This document shows positions 7,458-14,728 of a stretch of 64,000 bases of DNA, piece after piece (the first letter of the stretch is position 1; each line of letters opens with the position of its first letter). Under the pieces are notes generated by a model. The model made no database searches. It was not told the DNA's origin and saw only the letters and a list, made by a program, of their open reading frames with translations. Source of the stretch: a virus. A program made the translations under genes and the position numbers. The stretch spans positions 280,770-344,769 of the IMG/VR virus record IMGVR_UViG_3300024252_000004; one strand, given 5' to 3'.

Positions 7458-8146
7458 AATGAATTCGATCATATTGGAAATTAAAGCTGCCGAAGGCGGC
7501 ACAGATGCAAAGCTCCTTGTTGATGAACAGTTGGCCATTTATAGGAGATACTGTTCTCGGAGGTCTCTTTGAGTTAGCTCTCTTAGATTCCAGAAGCGGT
7601 TTTATCAGATGCAGAGTCAGCGGCAAAAACGTCAAAAAACATTTTAGGCATGAGCCTGGAGGCCACAGATGGCAAAGGGTTCCTCCGACAGAGAGACGAG
7701 GAAGGGTTCATACTTCTACGATCACTGTCGCTGTCCTACCGGAAGTAACTGAATCTGAAGTTAAGATTAGCGAAAAAGATTTAGAATGGAAAGCCTTTAG
7801 GGGTTCTGGTCCCGGCGGTCAGCATAGAAACAAAACTGATTCTGCTGTGTCGCTTCACCATAAGCCTACTGGAATCAAGATCCGTTCTGAATCTCAAAAG
7901 AGTCAGAAGCAGAATAAGGACACCGCTCTTGCAATATTGAGAGCGAGGTTGCATTCTGAGCAGAGAGAGTCTCAGTCTTTGCGACGCAGTAATATGAGGA
8001 AGAGCCAAGTGGGCTCAGGTATGCGCGCCGACAAAATCAGGACGATCAGGTTGCAGGACGGACAAGTTACGGATCACAACACTGGAAAAAGAATCTCTGC
8101 GAAAAAATATTTGCGCGGAGACTTGGAAGGTCTATTTGAAAAGTAA
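7458..8146 (+). CDS. class I peptide chain release factor, RF1-like (PxT = PPT), lacking domain 1; needs +1 frameshift at 7570 and has an additional +1 frame break at 7499/7501
   Basis: SD GGAGG + ATG 7458; MNSIILEIKAAEGG (frame 0) / TDAKLLVDEQLAIYRRYCSRRSL (frame +1, stops at UGA 7570) / ELALLDSRSGF..GGHRWQRVPPTERRGRVHTS..SGPGGQHRNKTDSA..DKIRTIRLQDGQVTDH (frame +2) align contiguously to RF1. Confidence 0.75.
7559..7573 (+). other. prfB-type programmed +1 ribosomal frameshift site
   Basis: GGAGG-UCU-CUU-UGA-G: SD-like element 3 nt upstream of CUU UGA, same architecture and spacing as E. coli prfB AGGGGG-UAU-CUU-UGA-C. Confidence 0.7.
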
Positions 8147-8336
8147 AGAAGCGATTGCAAAAGTGATGTTTTGGAGAATCGTAATTTCGATTCCGTTAAG
8201 CACGATAGTTACATATTTGTATTACGGTCAACTCTTCAAGGCTATTGGGTTTGTCATCTTGATGAACGTAATGATGACGGCGGCACACTTCGCTTTTGAA
8301 AAGGTTTGGCCTAAGATTTGGAGGAAGCTTGAGTAG
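8136..8336 (+). CDS. small membrane protein
   Basis: 66-aa ORF with two hydrophobic helices. Confidence 0.4.
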   Translation: MKSKEAIAKVMFWRIVISIPLSTIVTYLYYGQLFKAIGFVILMNVMMTAAHFAFEKVWPKIWRKLE

Positions 8337-8434
8337 AAAAGAACACTGCCGGGTTTATTGATCCTGAAATTGCCATCAGACTTGGGGCCAATCGTCAAGG
8401 TTTTGGCGGGAACTGATAAAGTTTAGAGCAAAAT

Positions 8435-8463
8435 TTGCTAAATTTCTCGCAAGATGGTATATA
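8435..8463 (+). promoter_or_regulatory. sigma70-like promoter, family copy 2
   Basis: TTGCTA-N17(AATTTCTCGCAAGATGG)-TATATA; tRNA 8525 follows 62 nt downstream. Confidence 0.6.
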
Positions 8464-8524
8464 TGATTCACGGGATCGAAACGTGCCGACGTAGTTTGGA
8501 TGCCATCTTCGAAAAACAAAATAA

Positions 8525-8617
8525 TGCGGGGTCGACTAGTCTGGCCCATGTCACCAGTCTCATAAGCTGGCTCTGAGTATACCTCAATCGTTGGTTCAAA
8601 TCCAACCCCCGCACCCA
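8525..8617 (+). tRNA. tRNA-like, anticodon CAT on class-II scaffold (19-nt variable arm), CCA encoded
   Basis: acceptor TGCGGGG/CCCCGCA perfect, D stem GAC/GTC, anticodon stem CCAGT/GCTGG loop CTCATAA, variable arm hairpin TGAG-TATAC-CTCA, T arm identical to tRNA 2556. Confidence 0.5.
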
Positions 8618-8629
8618 TAATAGGAAACA

Positions 8630-8866
8630 ATGAGCATCTATAGAGTTCATCACATAGATCTTTTGAATGTTCTGACTTATCTTTCTGCTTTTGATAATAA
8701 TGTACTTGAAAAAATACATTGTGATGGAGAGCAGGGAAGAGTAGTAATCTTTGTAGATCCTAAAGAAATACCCAAAAAAGATCTTGATCTTATTTTGGAT
8801 TGCAATTGCGAAGTGGACGAGGAAGGCTTTTTCATCCTTAAACCCACGATCATTATTGCAAAATAG
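8630..8866 (+). CDS. hypothetical protein
   Basis: 78-aa ORF. Confidence 0.4.
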   Translation: MSIYRVHHIDLLNVLTYLSAFDNNVLEKIHCDGEQGRVVIFVDPKEIPKKDLDLILDCNCEVDEEGFFILKPTIIIAK

Positions 8867-8883
8867 TTATGTTGTTGGTACGT

Positions 8884-8959
8884 GGGGACATGGTGAAACT
8901 GGATATCATGTTAGCCTTCTAAGCTTAAGTTCGGGGTTCGAGTCCCTGTGTCCCTGCCA
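8884..8959 (+). tRNA. tRNA-like, anticodon arm non-canonical (possible pseudo-tRNA)
   Basis: good acceptor GGGGACA/TGTCCCT, T arm CGGGG-TTCGAGT-CCCTG and CCA, but D and anticodon arms do not fold canonically (candidate loop CTTCTAA). Confidence 0.35.
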
Positions 8960-8980
8960 TCATCTTTTTGGAGTTTTCAA

Positions 8981-9253
8981 ATGAAGTTAGAAAAGACTCA
9001 ATTGAAAGCAGGATGGACTGTGGCTCTTAGGCCGGAAGATCCTACGAGATTCCGACTTATCAACCCTGATGGGTTTGGAGTAGCCTTAATTGGCCTCAAA
9101 GGCGAATGGTGGGGCACAAGCTATAATCTGTGGGATTCCCAAGGTGAAGAACATGGATATGAGGCGATAGACCCACCTGACATGCTGAGTGCGGTCAGAA
9201 ATTGTGCAGCACACTGTGGTGCTTTAAAATATGCGAAATGTGAGGAGTTGTAA
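8981..9253 (+). CDS. hypothetical protein
   Basis: ATG 8981 after tRNA end; ORF open from 8948. Confidence 0.4.
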   Translation: MKLEKTQLKAGWTVALRPEDPTRFRLINPDGFGVALIGLKGEWWGTSYNLWDSQGEEHGYEAIDPPDMLSAVRNCAAHCGALKYAKCEEL

Positions 9254-9546
9254 TGGAATGGATTGATATTGCCCACACGATGGGCCAACATAACTTTGAC
9301 GATGTATCGATTTCCACATCGTCAACCACAAGTGTCATGAACCTTTCTAACGGTTGCCTCATGCGAGAGACCACTGTTACTGCACAAGGTAGTGTAACCA
9401 CTTCTCCTATTCACCTTTCCGGCGTCCGCTATGAGAACGGAGTGCTAAGGGCTCTTACCATGAAGGAAATGCTTGGCGACGAAATGGGCGAAATGGCAGA
9501 AAAAATGTCTGGACTTACCGGAATGCTCGGAAAGTTCGGAAAGTAA
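9253..9546 (+). CDS. hypothetical protein
   Basis: 97-aa ORF, ATGA start/stop overlap. Confidence 0.4.
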   Translation: MEWIDIAHTMGQHNFDDVSISTSSTTSVMNLSNGCLMRETTVTAQGSVTTSPIHLSGVRYENGVLRALTMKEMLGDEMGEMAEKMSGLTGMLGKFGK

Positions 9547-9550
9547 TCAT

Positions 9551-9623
9551 AGCTGAGTAGCTCAATCGGTAGAGCAACAGGTTCATATCCTGTAGGTTGT
9601 AGGTTCAAGCCCTATCTCAGCTA
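9551..9623 (+). tRNA. tRNA-Met(CAT)
   Basis: acceptor AGCTGAG/CTCAGCT, D arm GCTC..GAGC, anticodon stem ACAGG/CCTGT loop TTCATAT, T-loop TTCAAGC. Confidence 0.65.
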
Positions 9624-9683
9624 CCGTAAAGTAGAAACATAGTTTGTGTTTCATTTAAACAATCATCAAAGGGGAGAATCATA

Positions 9684-9752
9684 ATGATCACCATCTTCAA
9701 CACTGACCGACGTAGTACGCTCATGTTTAGTTTAAGGACTATTCATGTCTAA
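9684..9752 (+). CDS. putative leader peptide (22 aa)
   Basis: SD AAAGGGGAG + ATG 9684; stop 3 nt before hairpin 9755-9801. Confidence 0.3.
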   Translation: MITIFNTDRRSTLMFSLRTIHV

Positions 9753-9754
9753 GT

Positions 9755-9801
9755 GTGCTCTCTCGGTTAAATAAAGAATTAGCTTTCGCCGGAGAGAGCA
9801 C
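9755..9801 (+). promoter_or_regulatory. 10-bp perfect-stem hairpin (GTGCTCTCTC/GAGAGAGCAC) upstream of gene 9823
   Basis: hairpin between leader ORF stop and SD GGAGG 9812-9816. Confidence 0.45.
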
Positions 9802-9822
9802 GTTCACCCACAGGAGGTTAGC

Positions 9823-10878
9823 GTGTATTACGGTGATGAAAAGAAGAAAGAAATTATGAGAAGCATTCTTCCGTCCAAATGGGCAAAGGGTGCAAGAGAA
9901 GACAAAAGAGATCTCAACAAAAAGGTGCGAAGAACAGCTAAGAATGCTCTTCGTCATATTCGGGATGCAGAAGATTGGGATGACTCAAGCTTTGATTTCT
10001 GGGATGACGGACAGGATGAGCGTAGCTCGATTGTGTGGAACAGACGAGGGGCTGACAAGCTCTCTCACTTCATGCGCTGGGCCGAGCACACTGCCAAGGA
10101 TATTCCCGATGGGGAAAAGATGGGGTACATCAAAGGACTACTTCCCGGTAAGGGAGTAATCTTTGATCACGCTTGTGGTCACCTTGAGCACCTCGATGGC
10201 TTTGATAGCGACACCTATATCTGGAGTTCTTACTGGAGAAGAAGAGATAAGGATGTTCTTAGCAGAGCAGATCTAATTCGTCTTCTTGAGAAGGTTTGTG
10301 AGGTTCGCAAGTTCCACGGTTACCTTAACGATGCAATTAAGAAGCGTCATAAGAAGACTTATTGGCGTCGCGTTCTTCGCATCGAAGAGTACAATCATTA
10401 TAAGACTGCGCGGATTGGTGGCGAAATAGTGAAGGTTAGTCCTCCCGAAGTAAGGGTAAGGTACCATACTGACTCTCAGGATAAGACCATTGCACCTCGT
10501 CAGCTTATGGGTATGTACGACGTTGAGAATTTCGTTGATGATATTATTTGCGTTTCCAAGTGCAAAGAGTGGATTGATAAGTCTGGGTACCGAAGTCGGG
10601 TCAGAAATCCAAACGTAAGATATTCTTGGGAGCAGGGTTCCTACCGGTTTATGGACGGGAAGGTTCCCAATCCTGATTACCATCCCGAATGGATTGAGAC
10701 TGTCAAATACTTCATCGAAGATTTTCTTAAAAATACTCATAAGCTTAAGGGGTTCAGCGTCTTTACTTCGTTCAGAAGAAGAACTTATGATTGGGAGAAC
10801 TCAGATCCGCGCAGGTCTAAATTTGTCTGGAGGACGGACAGAGTTAAGCGTAGCTACGTCTACGATTGGAAACTTTAA
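9823..10878 (+). CDS. hypothetical protein (351 aa)
   Basis: GTG start 6 nt after SD GGAGG; no recognisable domain. Confidence 0.5.
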   Translation: MYYGDEKKKEIMRSILPSKWAKGAREDKRDLNKKVRRTAKNALRHIRDAEDWDDSSFDFWDDGQDERSSIVWNRRGADKLSHFMRWAEHTAKDIPDGEKMGYIKGLLPGKGVIFDHACGHLEHLDGFDSDTYIWSSYWRRRDKDVLSRADLIRLLEKVCEVRKFHGYLNDAIKKRHKKTYWRRVLRIEEYNHYKTARIGGEIVKVSPPEVRVRYHTDSQDKTIAPRQLMGMYDVENFVDDIICVSKCKEWIDKSGYRSRVRNPNVRYSWEQGSYRFMDGKVPNPDYHPEWIETVKYFIEDFLKNTHKLKGFSVFTSFRRRTYDWENSDPRRSKFVWRTDRVKRSYVYDWKL

Positions 10879-10917
10879 TTTGCTTTATCCTTTACTACCC
10901 AGTAGTAAAGGATATAT

Positions 10918-10994
10918 GGCCCCATAGTCTAATTGGATAAGGCACTTGATTACGAATCAAGAAACTGCAAGTTCGAATCTTGCTGGGGCTACCA
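10918..10994 (+). tRNA. tRNA-Arg(ACG), CCA encoded
   Basis: acceptor GGCCCCA/TGGGGCT, anticodon stem CTTGA/TCAAG loop TTACGAA, T arm GCAAG-TTCGAAT-CTTGC. Confidence 0.65.
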
Positions 10995-11011
10995 TTGCAA
11001 ATGAGGGAATA

Positions 11012-11311
11012 ATGAGCATTGAAGATCACGAACTCTTATCACTACCATTCATCAAAAGGGTGTATAATCCTAATGAGAAAGTGGGATATAAGAGGTTCAA
11101 AATAGTTGAAACCAATTATGGTTTTGACTATAAGATCCGAGGAGACATTTGCTCCCCCATTATGCGGTTTCGAAAAAACGGATATAACTTCAAAGGTAGA
11201 AAGGGACCTGTTGATTTCCAAGTTGTATTAGATACTGTCCCTGAAGAATATATTGCGTTTCTCATCTTCTGCCAGGAAGTATTTGATTATGAAGAATCTG
11301 AAAATTGGTAA
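11012..11311 (+). CDS. hypothetical protein
   Basis: ATG 11012 after tRNA; ORF open from 10946. Confidence 0.4.
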   Translation: MSIEDHELLSLPFIKRVYNPNEKVGYKRFKIVETNYGFDYKIRGDICSPIMRFRKNGYNFKGRKGPVDFQVVLDTVPEEYIAFLIFCQEVFDYEESENW

Positions 11312-11324
11312 AGAAATGCTGTAC

Positions 11325-11400
11325 GCACCCATAGTTTAATCGGCCAAAACGCTTCCTTGGTAAGGAAGTAATATGAGTTCAAGTCTCGTTGGGTGCTCCA
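11325..11400 (+). tRNA. tRNA-Thr(GGT), CCA encoded
   Basis: acceptor GCACCCA/TGGGTGC, anticodon stem CTTCC/GGAAG loop TTGGTAA, T-loop TTCAAGT. Confidence 0.65.
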
Positions 11401-11463
11401 TACAGCAAAGTATGGAGAGAAGAATTGTTATTTGAATACGCTGATCTTGAAAATTATAATGAA

Positions 11464-11811
11464 ATGATTTCGGAAATGGGGCAAGAAGAAAGGATAGGCT
11501 TTGAAGACCTGTTCGGTTTTTTTGAAATAGACATAGTAGAACATAGGGATGCTTTGAAAAAAGAACTCACCTATACTGGAAGCGATGTTGTGTATCACAA
11601 CTATGAGGTAAAAGGGACAAACATTATATTTTGCCTGCTTAAGGCAGATTCCGAATCAATGAAGCACGTTTTCAAAAAAATTGAGTTTTTCGAAAAGGGT
11701 CTTCATATTAAGGTAGTTCCATTTGAAATGGTCATTGATCATCTTCCTGAAAATATGTGCGAACATCTCATCATACAGATAGGGAGGCTATTCCGTGAAG
11801 ACAGAATTTGA
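11464..11811 (+). CDS. hypothetical protein
   Basis: first ATG after tRNA; ORF open from 11389 (TTG). Confidence 0.4.
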   Translation: MISEMGQEERIGFEDLFGFFEIDIVEHRDALKKELTYTGSDVVYHNYEVKGTNIIFCLLKADSESMKHVFKKIEFFEKGLHIKVVPFEMVIDHLPENMCEHLIIQIGRLFREDRI

Positions 11812-12127
11812 ACATCTTATGGATGATATAGACAAATCACAGTTCTTCGTTAGAGATTCCATTTACTCTATTGAGCCAATTTGGTACTATGCAGATTTCG
11901 AGATTAAGGCGAAGAATAGGAAATTTAGTAGCTTTGCTTATCTTCTAATGAAGATCGAGCTAACTGGAAATATAACTTGGCTTGTGACTAATAGGCCAAA
12001 TGGTATTTCTTTCAAAAATAATCACGGGCTCAAATCTGTTTCTAAAGAATACGCTATCGATGTCTTGTCGGAAGATGAAAGTGTTCTTTCTAAATTTGCA
12101 GAACTAACTCCCGTTATATTTAAGTGA
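11795..12127 (+). CDS. hypothetical protein
   Basis: 110-aa ORF. Confidence 0.4.
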   Translation: MKTEFEHLMDDIDKSQFFVRDSIYSIEPIWYYADFEIKAKNRKFSSFAYLLMKIELTGNITWLVTNRPNGISFKNNHGLKSVSKEYAIDVLSEDESVLSKFAELTPVIFK

Positions 12128-12130
12128 TCC

Positions 12131-12472
12131 ATGTCTAAAAACTCAAAGCTATACGTAACAGGAAAGACCGAAGACGGCAGACCAATGATTGGTGGCTGGT
12201 TCGCTATGGTGGCGACATATGGTATCCCAATAGATACAGTTATCAGTTATCTGGACGACTCGGGGCACATGCCAGATTGGTTAGAGTTTTACTTTACCGC
12301 CGTTAGTGAGGGATGGAACGCAAAGCGTACCATAGGGAGACTGAGGCAAGCCGTTGCCGACGTTTACGGACCAGAGTTCAGAGAAGGCTGGTCTGAAAGG
12401 TTCGAACCAATTCTAAAAAGATTAGAGGTAGAAAATGAGCGAGAAAGAAAGTGTTCTGGAGACTCTGGCTGA
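12131..12472 (+). CDS. hypothetical protein
   Basis: 113-aa ORF. Confidence 0.45.
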   Translation: MSKNSKLYVTGKTEDGRPMIGGWFAMVATYGIPIDTVISYLDDSGHMPDWLEFYFTAVSEGWNAKRTIGRLRQAVADVYGPEFREGWSERFEPILKRLEVENERERKCSGDSG

Positions 12473-12779
12473 AGAGCTTAGAGCAAATCCCGAAGGAGCT
12501 ATTATGCTTCTTGAGGCAATGACAAATGTTGTGAGGCCATGGGAAAGTTTAAGAAGCGAAGGTCAGTCTGTCATGCACGCATATAGAAGGCTTACCGCGA
12601 TGGGTGTAGAGGTTGCTTTAATCGAAAGCAGCGCACCCACATGGATTCTAACTATTGGAGGCGAACGTTTTACAGGCGGCAAAGTCTTCAATAGAAAGGG
12701 TGCCGAAGTTGAAGCTAAGGCTTTGCTTGATGCAGAGTTAGCAGAGCGAGGTTTTGTTCTCATGGATTCGCAAGCATGA
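12435..12779 (+). CDS. hypothetical protein
   Basis: 114-aa ORF. Confidence 0.45.
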   Translation: MSEKESVLETLAEELRANPEGAIMLLEAMTNVVRPWESLRSEGQSVMHAYRRLTAMGVEVALIESSAPTWILTIGGERFTGGKVFNRKGAEVEAKALLDAELAERGFVLMDSQA

Positions 12780-12812
12780 TAAAAGCCGGGTAATCGGTTT
12801 TAGAAGCGAATT

Positions 12813-12841
12813 TTTCTAAATTTCTCGTAGGATGTTATAGA
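12813..12841 (+). promoter_or_regulatory. sigma70-like promoter, family copy 3
   Basis: TTTCTA-N17(AATTTCTCGTAGGATGT)-TATAGA; tRNA-Tyr 62 nt downstream. Confidence 0.55.
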
Positions 12842-12902
12842 AAAAATAGATACGGTTTTGCTTTTAACCTTCGTCATGCGTAGGATAAAAGCACCGTTTA
12901 AT

Positions 12903-12990
12903 GGGTCGTTATCCCGTAGGGGCAGCGGTGGAGACTGTAAATCTCCTGTCATTATTGACTCGGTTGGTTCGACTCCAGCACGGCCCACCA
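12903..12990 (+). tRNA. tRNA-Tyr(GTA), class II, CCA encoded
   Basis: acceptor GGGTCGT/ACGGCCC, anticodon stem GGAGA/TCTCC loop CTGTAAA, long variable arm, T-loop TTCGACT. Confidence 0.7.
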
Positions 12991-13130
12991 TATTTGTGAA
13001 GCGATACATCGATAAACACTGACCACGGCTACGGGCGGGATGATGAAGGGGCAGTAGCCTGTCCCAAATCGCTCACAAATATACTTTCGGGACAGTCTCT
13101 TGTAGGAAAGATTACGCGCGTGACATCGGT

Positions 13131-13664
13131 TCAATTCCGATCTGTTCCACCACTGAATCGTCCATCACCTGATAGGAAGTGATCAACTTCGTGACAGGTC
13201 GGACAAACAATCTCTAAGTTCTCAATCGAGTTATTCTCTCTATTGCGATCTTTATGATGAACTTGTAGAACTTCAGGATGCTTATCGTATCCGCAATGAG
13301 AGCATATCTGTTCAAGATGCTCTTTTGCAGTTTTGCGATAATCCTTTCGGTTATCAGTATAGTGCGGCGGATGAATTTCTTTTATCCCTCCTATCCTTTG
13401 TGCAATATCTTTGCAATTTCTTGAGCAAAAAACAAATCCGCTTTTAGATGCAGCAATCTTAGAGGCAGACCTGTAAAAGTCTTTATCACAAATAGCACAA
13501 ACACAATTTGGCTTTTGTATCTTCGGATTTTTCTTTCTCCATTCAAAAGAGCATTTGCGATTGCAAAATTTTGCGTTTCCTCTGTTTAATTCTTTAATTT
13601 CTGCATCAAATTGCGTATAACAATTTAAGCAACTTTTCTTAATGGTTCTACCTTTGTAAGACAT
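13131..13664 (-). CDS. HNH homing endonuclease
   Basis: HHKDRNRENNSIENLEIVCPTCH HNH motif plus multiple CxxC pairs; sits between tRNA-Tyr and tRNA-Cys. Confidence 0.75.
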   Translation of the reverse strand: MSYKGRTIKKSCLNCYTQFDAEIKELNRGNAKFCNRKCSFEWRKKNPKIQKPNCVCAICDKDFYRSASKIAASKSGFVFCSRNCKDIAQRIGGIKEIHPPHYTDNRKDYRKTAKEHLEQICSHCGYDKHPEVLQVHHKDRNRENNSIENLEIVCPTCHEVDHFLSGDGRFSGGTDRN

Positions 13665-13685
13665 AATAAATTCCTTTAATTATAT

Positions 13686-13761
13686 GGGGCCTTAGCTCAA
13701 TTGGGAGAGCGCGACATTTGCAATGTCGAGGTCGCGAGTTCGATCCTCGCAGGCTCCACCA
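13686..13761 (+). tRNA. tRNA-Cys(GCA), CCA encoded
   Basis: acceptor GGGGCCT/AGGCTCC, anticodon stem CGACA/TGTCG loop TTTGCAA, T arm GCGAG-TTCGATC-CTCGC. Confidence 0.7.
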
Positions 13762-13821
13762 TGCAAATCAATTATACTCCACCGCAGAGTATAACACATA
13801 ATTAAAGTAAGACTACACATT

Positions 13822-13843
13822 CTCCCTTAGCTCAGTTGGTTAA
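13822..13843 (+). pseudogene. tRNA 5' remnant (acceptor + D arm start CTCCCTTAGCTCAGTTGGTTAA) truncated by HNH gene
   Basis: canonical tRNA 5' end with no matching D-stem 3' strand, anticodon or T arm; overlaps the stop of minus-strand HNH 13840-14325. Confidence 0.45.
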
Positions 13844-14325
13844 TTCCATTTTGGTTTTAACTTATAGTGTTCTTCTCTGTGGCAGTTTGCACACAGCATG
13901 ACGCATTTGTCAAGTTCAGCTTTAATGGTATCCCAGGCATAAGTATTCCCAGAGCCAATGCCGAAATCTTTCTCGTTTGGTTCTAAATGGTGAAAATCAA
14001 ATGCATCAATACATTTGTCATATCCACAATACTCGCACTTTTCTCCTTTATATTCTACGGCTTTAATCTTACACTGCCATCTTCTTTTTTGCACATAGTA
14101 CTTGTTCTTACACTTTTTTGAGCAAAATTTTCCTGAAGATGGCAAGTCACACAAATGCCATGTGCATTCCAAAGCTTTTGACTTTTCTTTATTTTTTGGA
14201 GAAGTTGATAGTCCAAATTTCTTAAGCCAATGACGAACATTTGTTTGCGAGCAAGATAGCTCTTTTGCGATTTCTCTGGTAGAATAATTATTATCAACTA
14301 ATAACTTTAAAGTTTCTAATTCCAT
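13840..14325 (-). CDS. HNH endonuclease with N-terminal HTH
   Basis: FDFHHLEPNEKD...LCANCHREEH HNH motif; N-terminal STREIAKELSCSQTNVRHWLKKFG helix-turn-helix. Confidence 0.75.
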   Translation of the reverse strand: MELETLKLLVDNNYSTREIAKELSCSQTNVRHWLKKFGLSTSPKNKEKSKALECTWHLCDLPSSGKFCSKKCKNKYYVQKRRWQCKIKAVEYKGEKCEYCGYDKCIDAFDFHHLEPNEKDFGIGSGNTYAWDTIKAELDKCVMLCANCHREEHYKLKPKWN

Positions 14326-14331
14326 AGTTCA

Positions 14332-14351
14332 CCTCATGTAATTATATGAGG
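14332..14351 (-). promoter_or_regulatory. hairpin sequestering the RBS of HNH gene 13840-14325
   Basis: on mRNA CCTCAT-ATAATTAC-ATGAGG with SD GAGGTG inside the 3' arm, ATG 6 nt downstream. Confidence 0.45.
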
Positions 14352-14365
14352 TTAATAATAGATGA

Positions 14366-14452
14366 GCTACTGTGGCCGAGCGGTTGAAGGCAGCAGGCTG
14401 TTAACCTGCCTGGGAAACCACATCATAGGTTCAAATCCTATCGGTAGCGCCA
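14366..14452 (+). tRNA. tRNA with tRNA-Ser body (D arm TGGCCGAGCGGTTGAAGGC, long variable arm, G73) but anticodon GTT
   Basis: acceptor GCTACTG/CGGTAGC, anticodon stem GCAGG/CCTGC loop CTGTTAA (one change from Ser GCT loop CTGCTAA), CCA encoded. Confidence 0.5.
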
Positions 14453-14479
14453 AATTTAATAAGAGGCTGAACATGAGCC

Positions 14480-14728
14480 TTGCAGGGAGAGCCAATTATT
14501 AAAGAATCAGATAAGAATAATGGAGTATGCTATCCGGCAACGTCGATCAAAGTGATTCCCCTTGTTGAGGGAATTAGATTGCGGCCGAAGATGTACGGTT
14601 TGACAGAAGATCAGGTATCCAATATGAGTGATCAGATGATCAAAGATTGGTACGAAGATTGTGAAAACGTATGCGAGCATGATTTAGATATTGCGAGAGT
14701 GTCGGACACCTTTGATCCCAGCGGGTAG
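14480..14728 (+). CDS. hypothetical protein; residues 24-45 resemble GyrB/topoisomerase N-terminal motif
   Basis: SIKVIPLVEGIRLRPKMYGLTEDQ resembles [24 protein letters not shown]; the rest of the 82-aa product does not. Confidence 0.35.
   Translation: MQGEPIIKESDKNNGVCYPATSIKVIPLVEGIRLRPKMYGLTEDQVSNMSDQMIKDWYEDCENVCEHDLDIARVSDTFDPSG

Noticed and set aside
7462-7572. Alternative explanation that the release-factor gene simply starts in frame +1
   Set aside because: Frame +1 has no plausible start codon after the stop at 7459-7461. Frame 0 carries a strong SD+ATG, and its product LEIKAAEGG aligns to RF1/RF2 immediately before the frame +1 segment.
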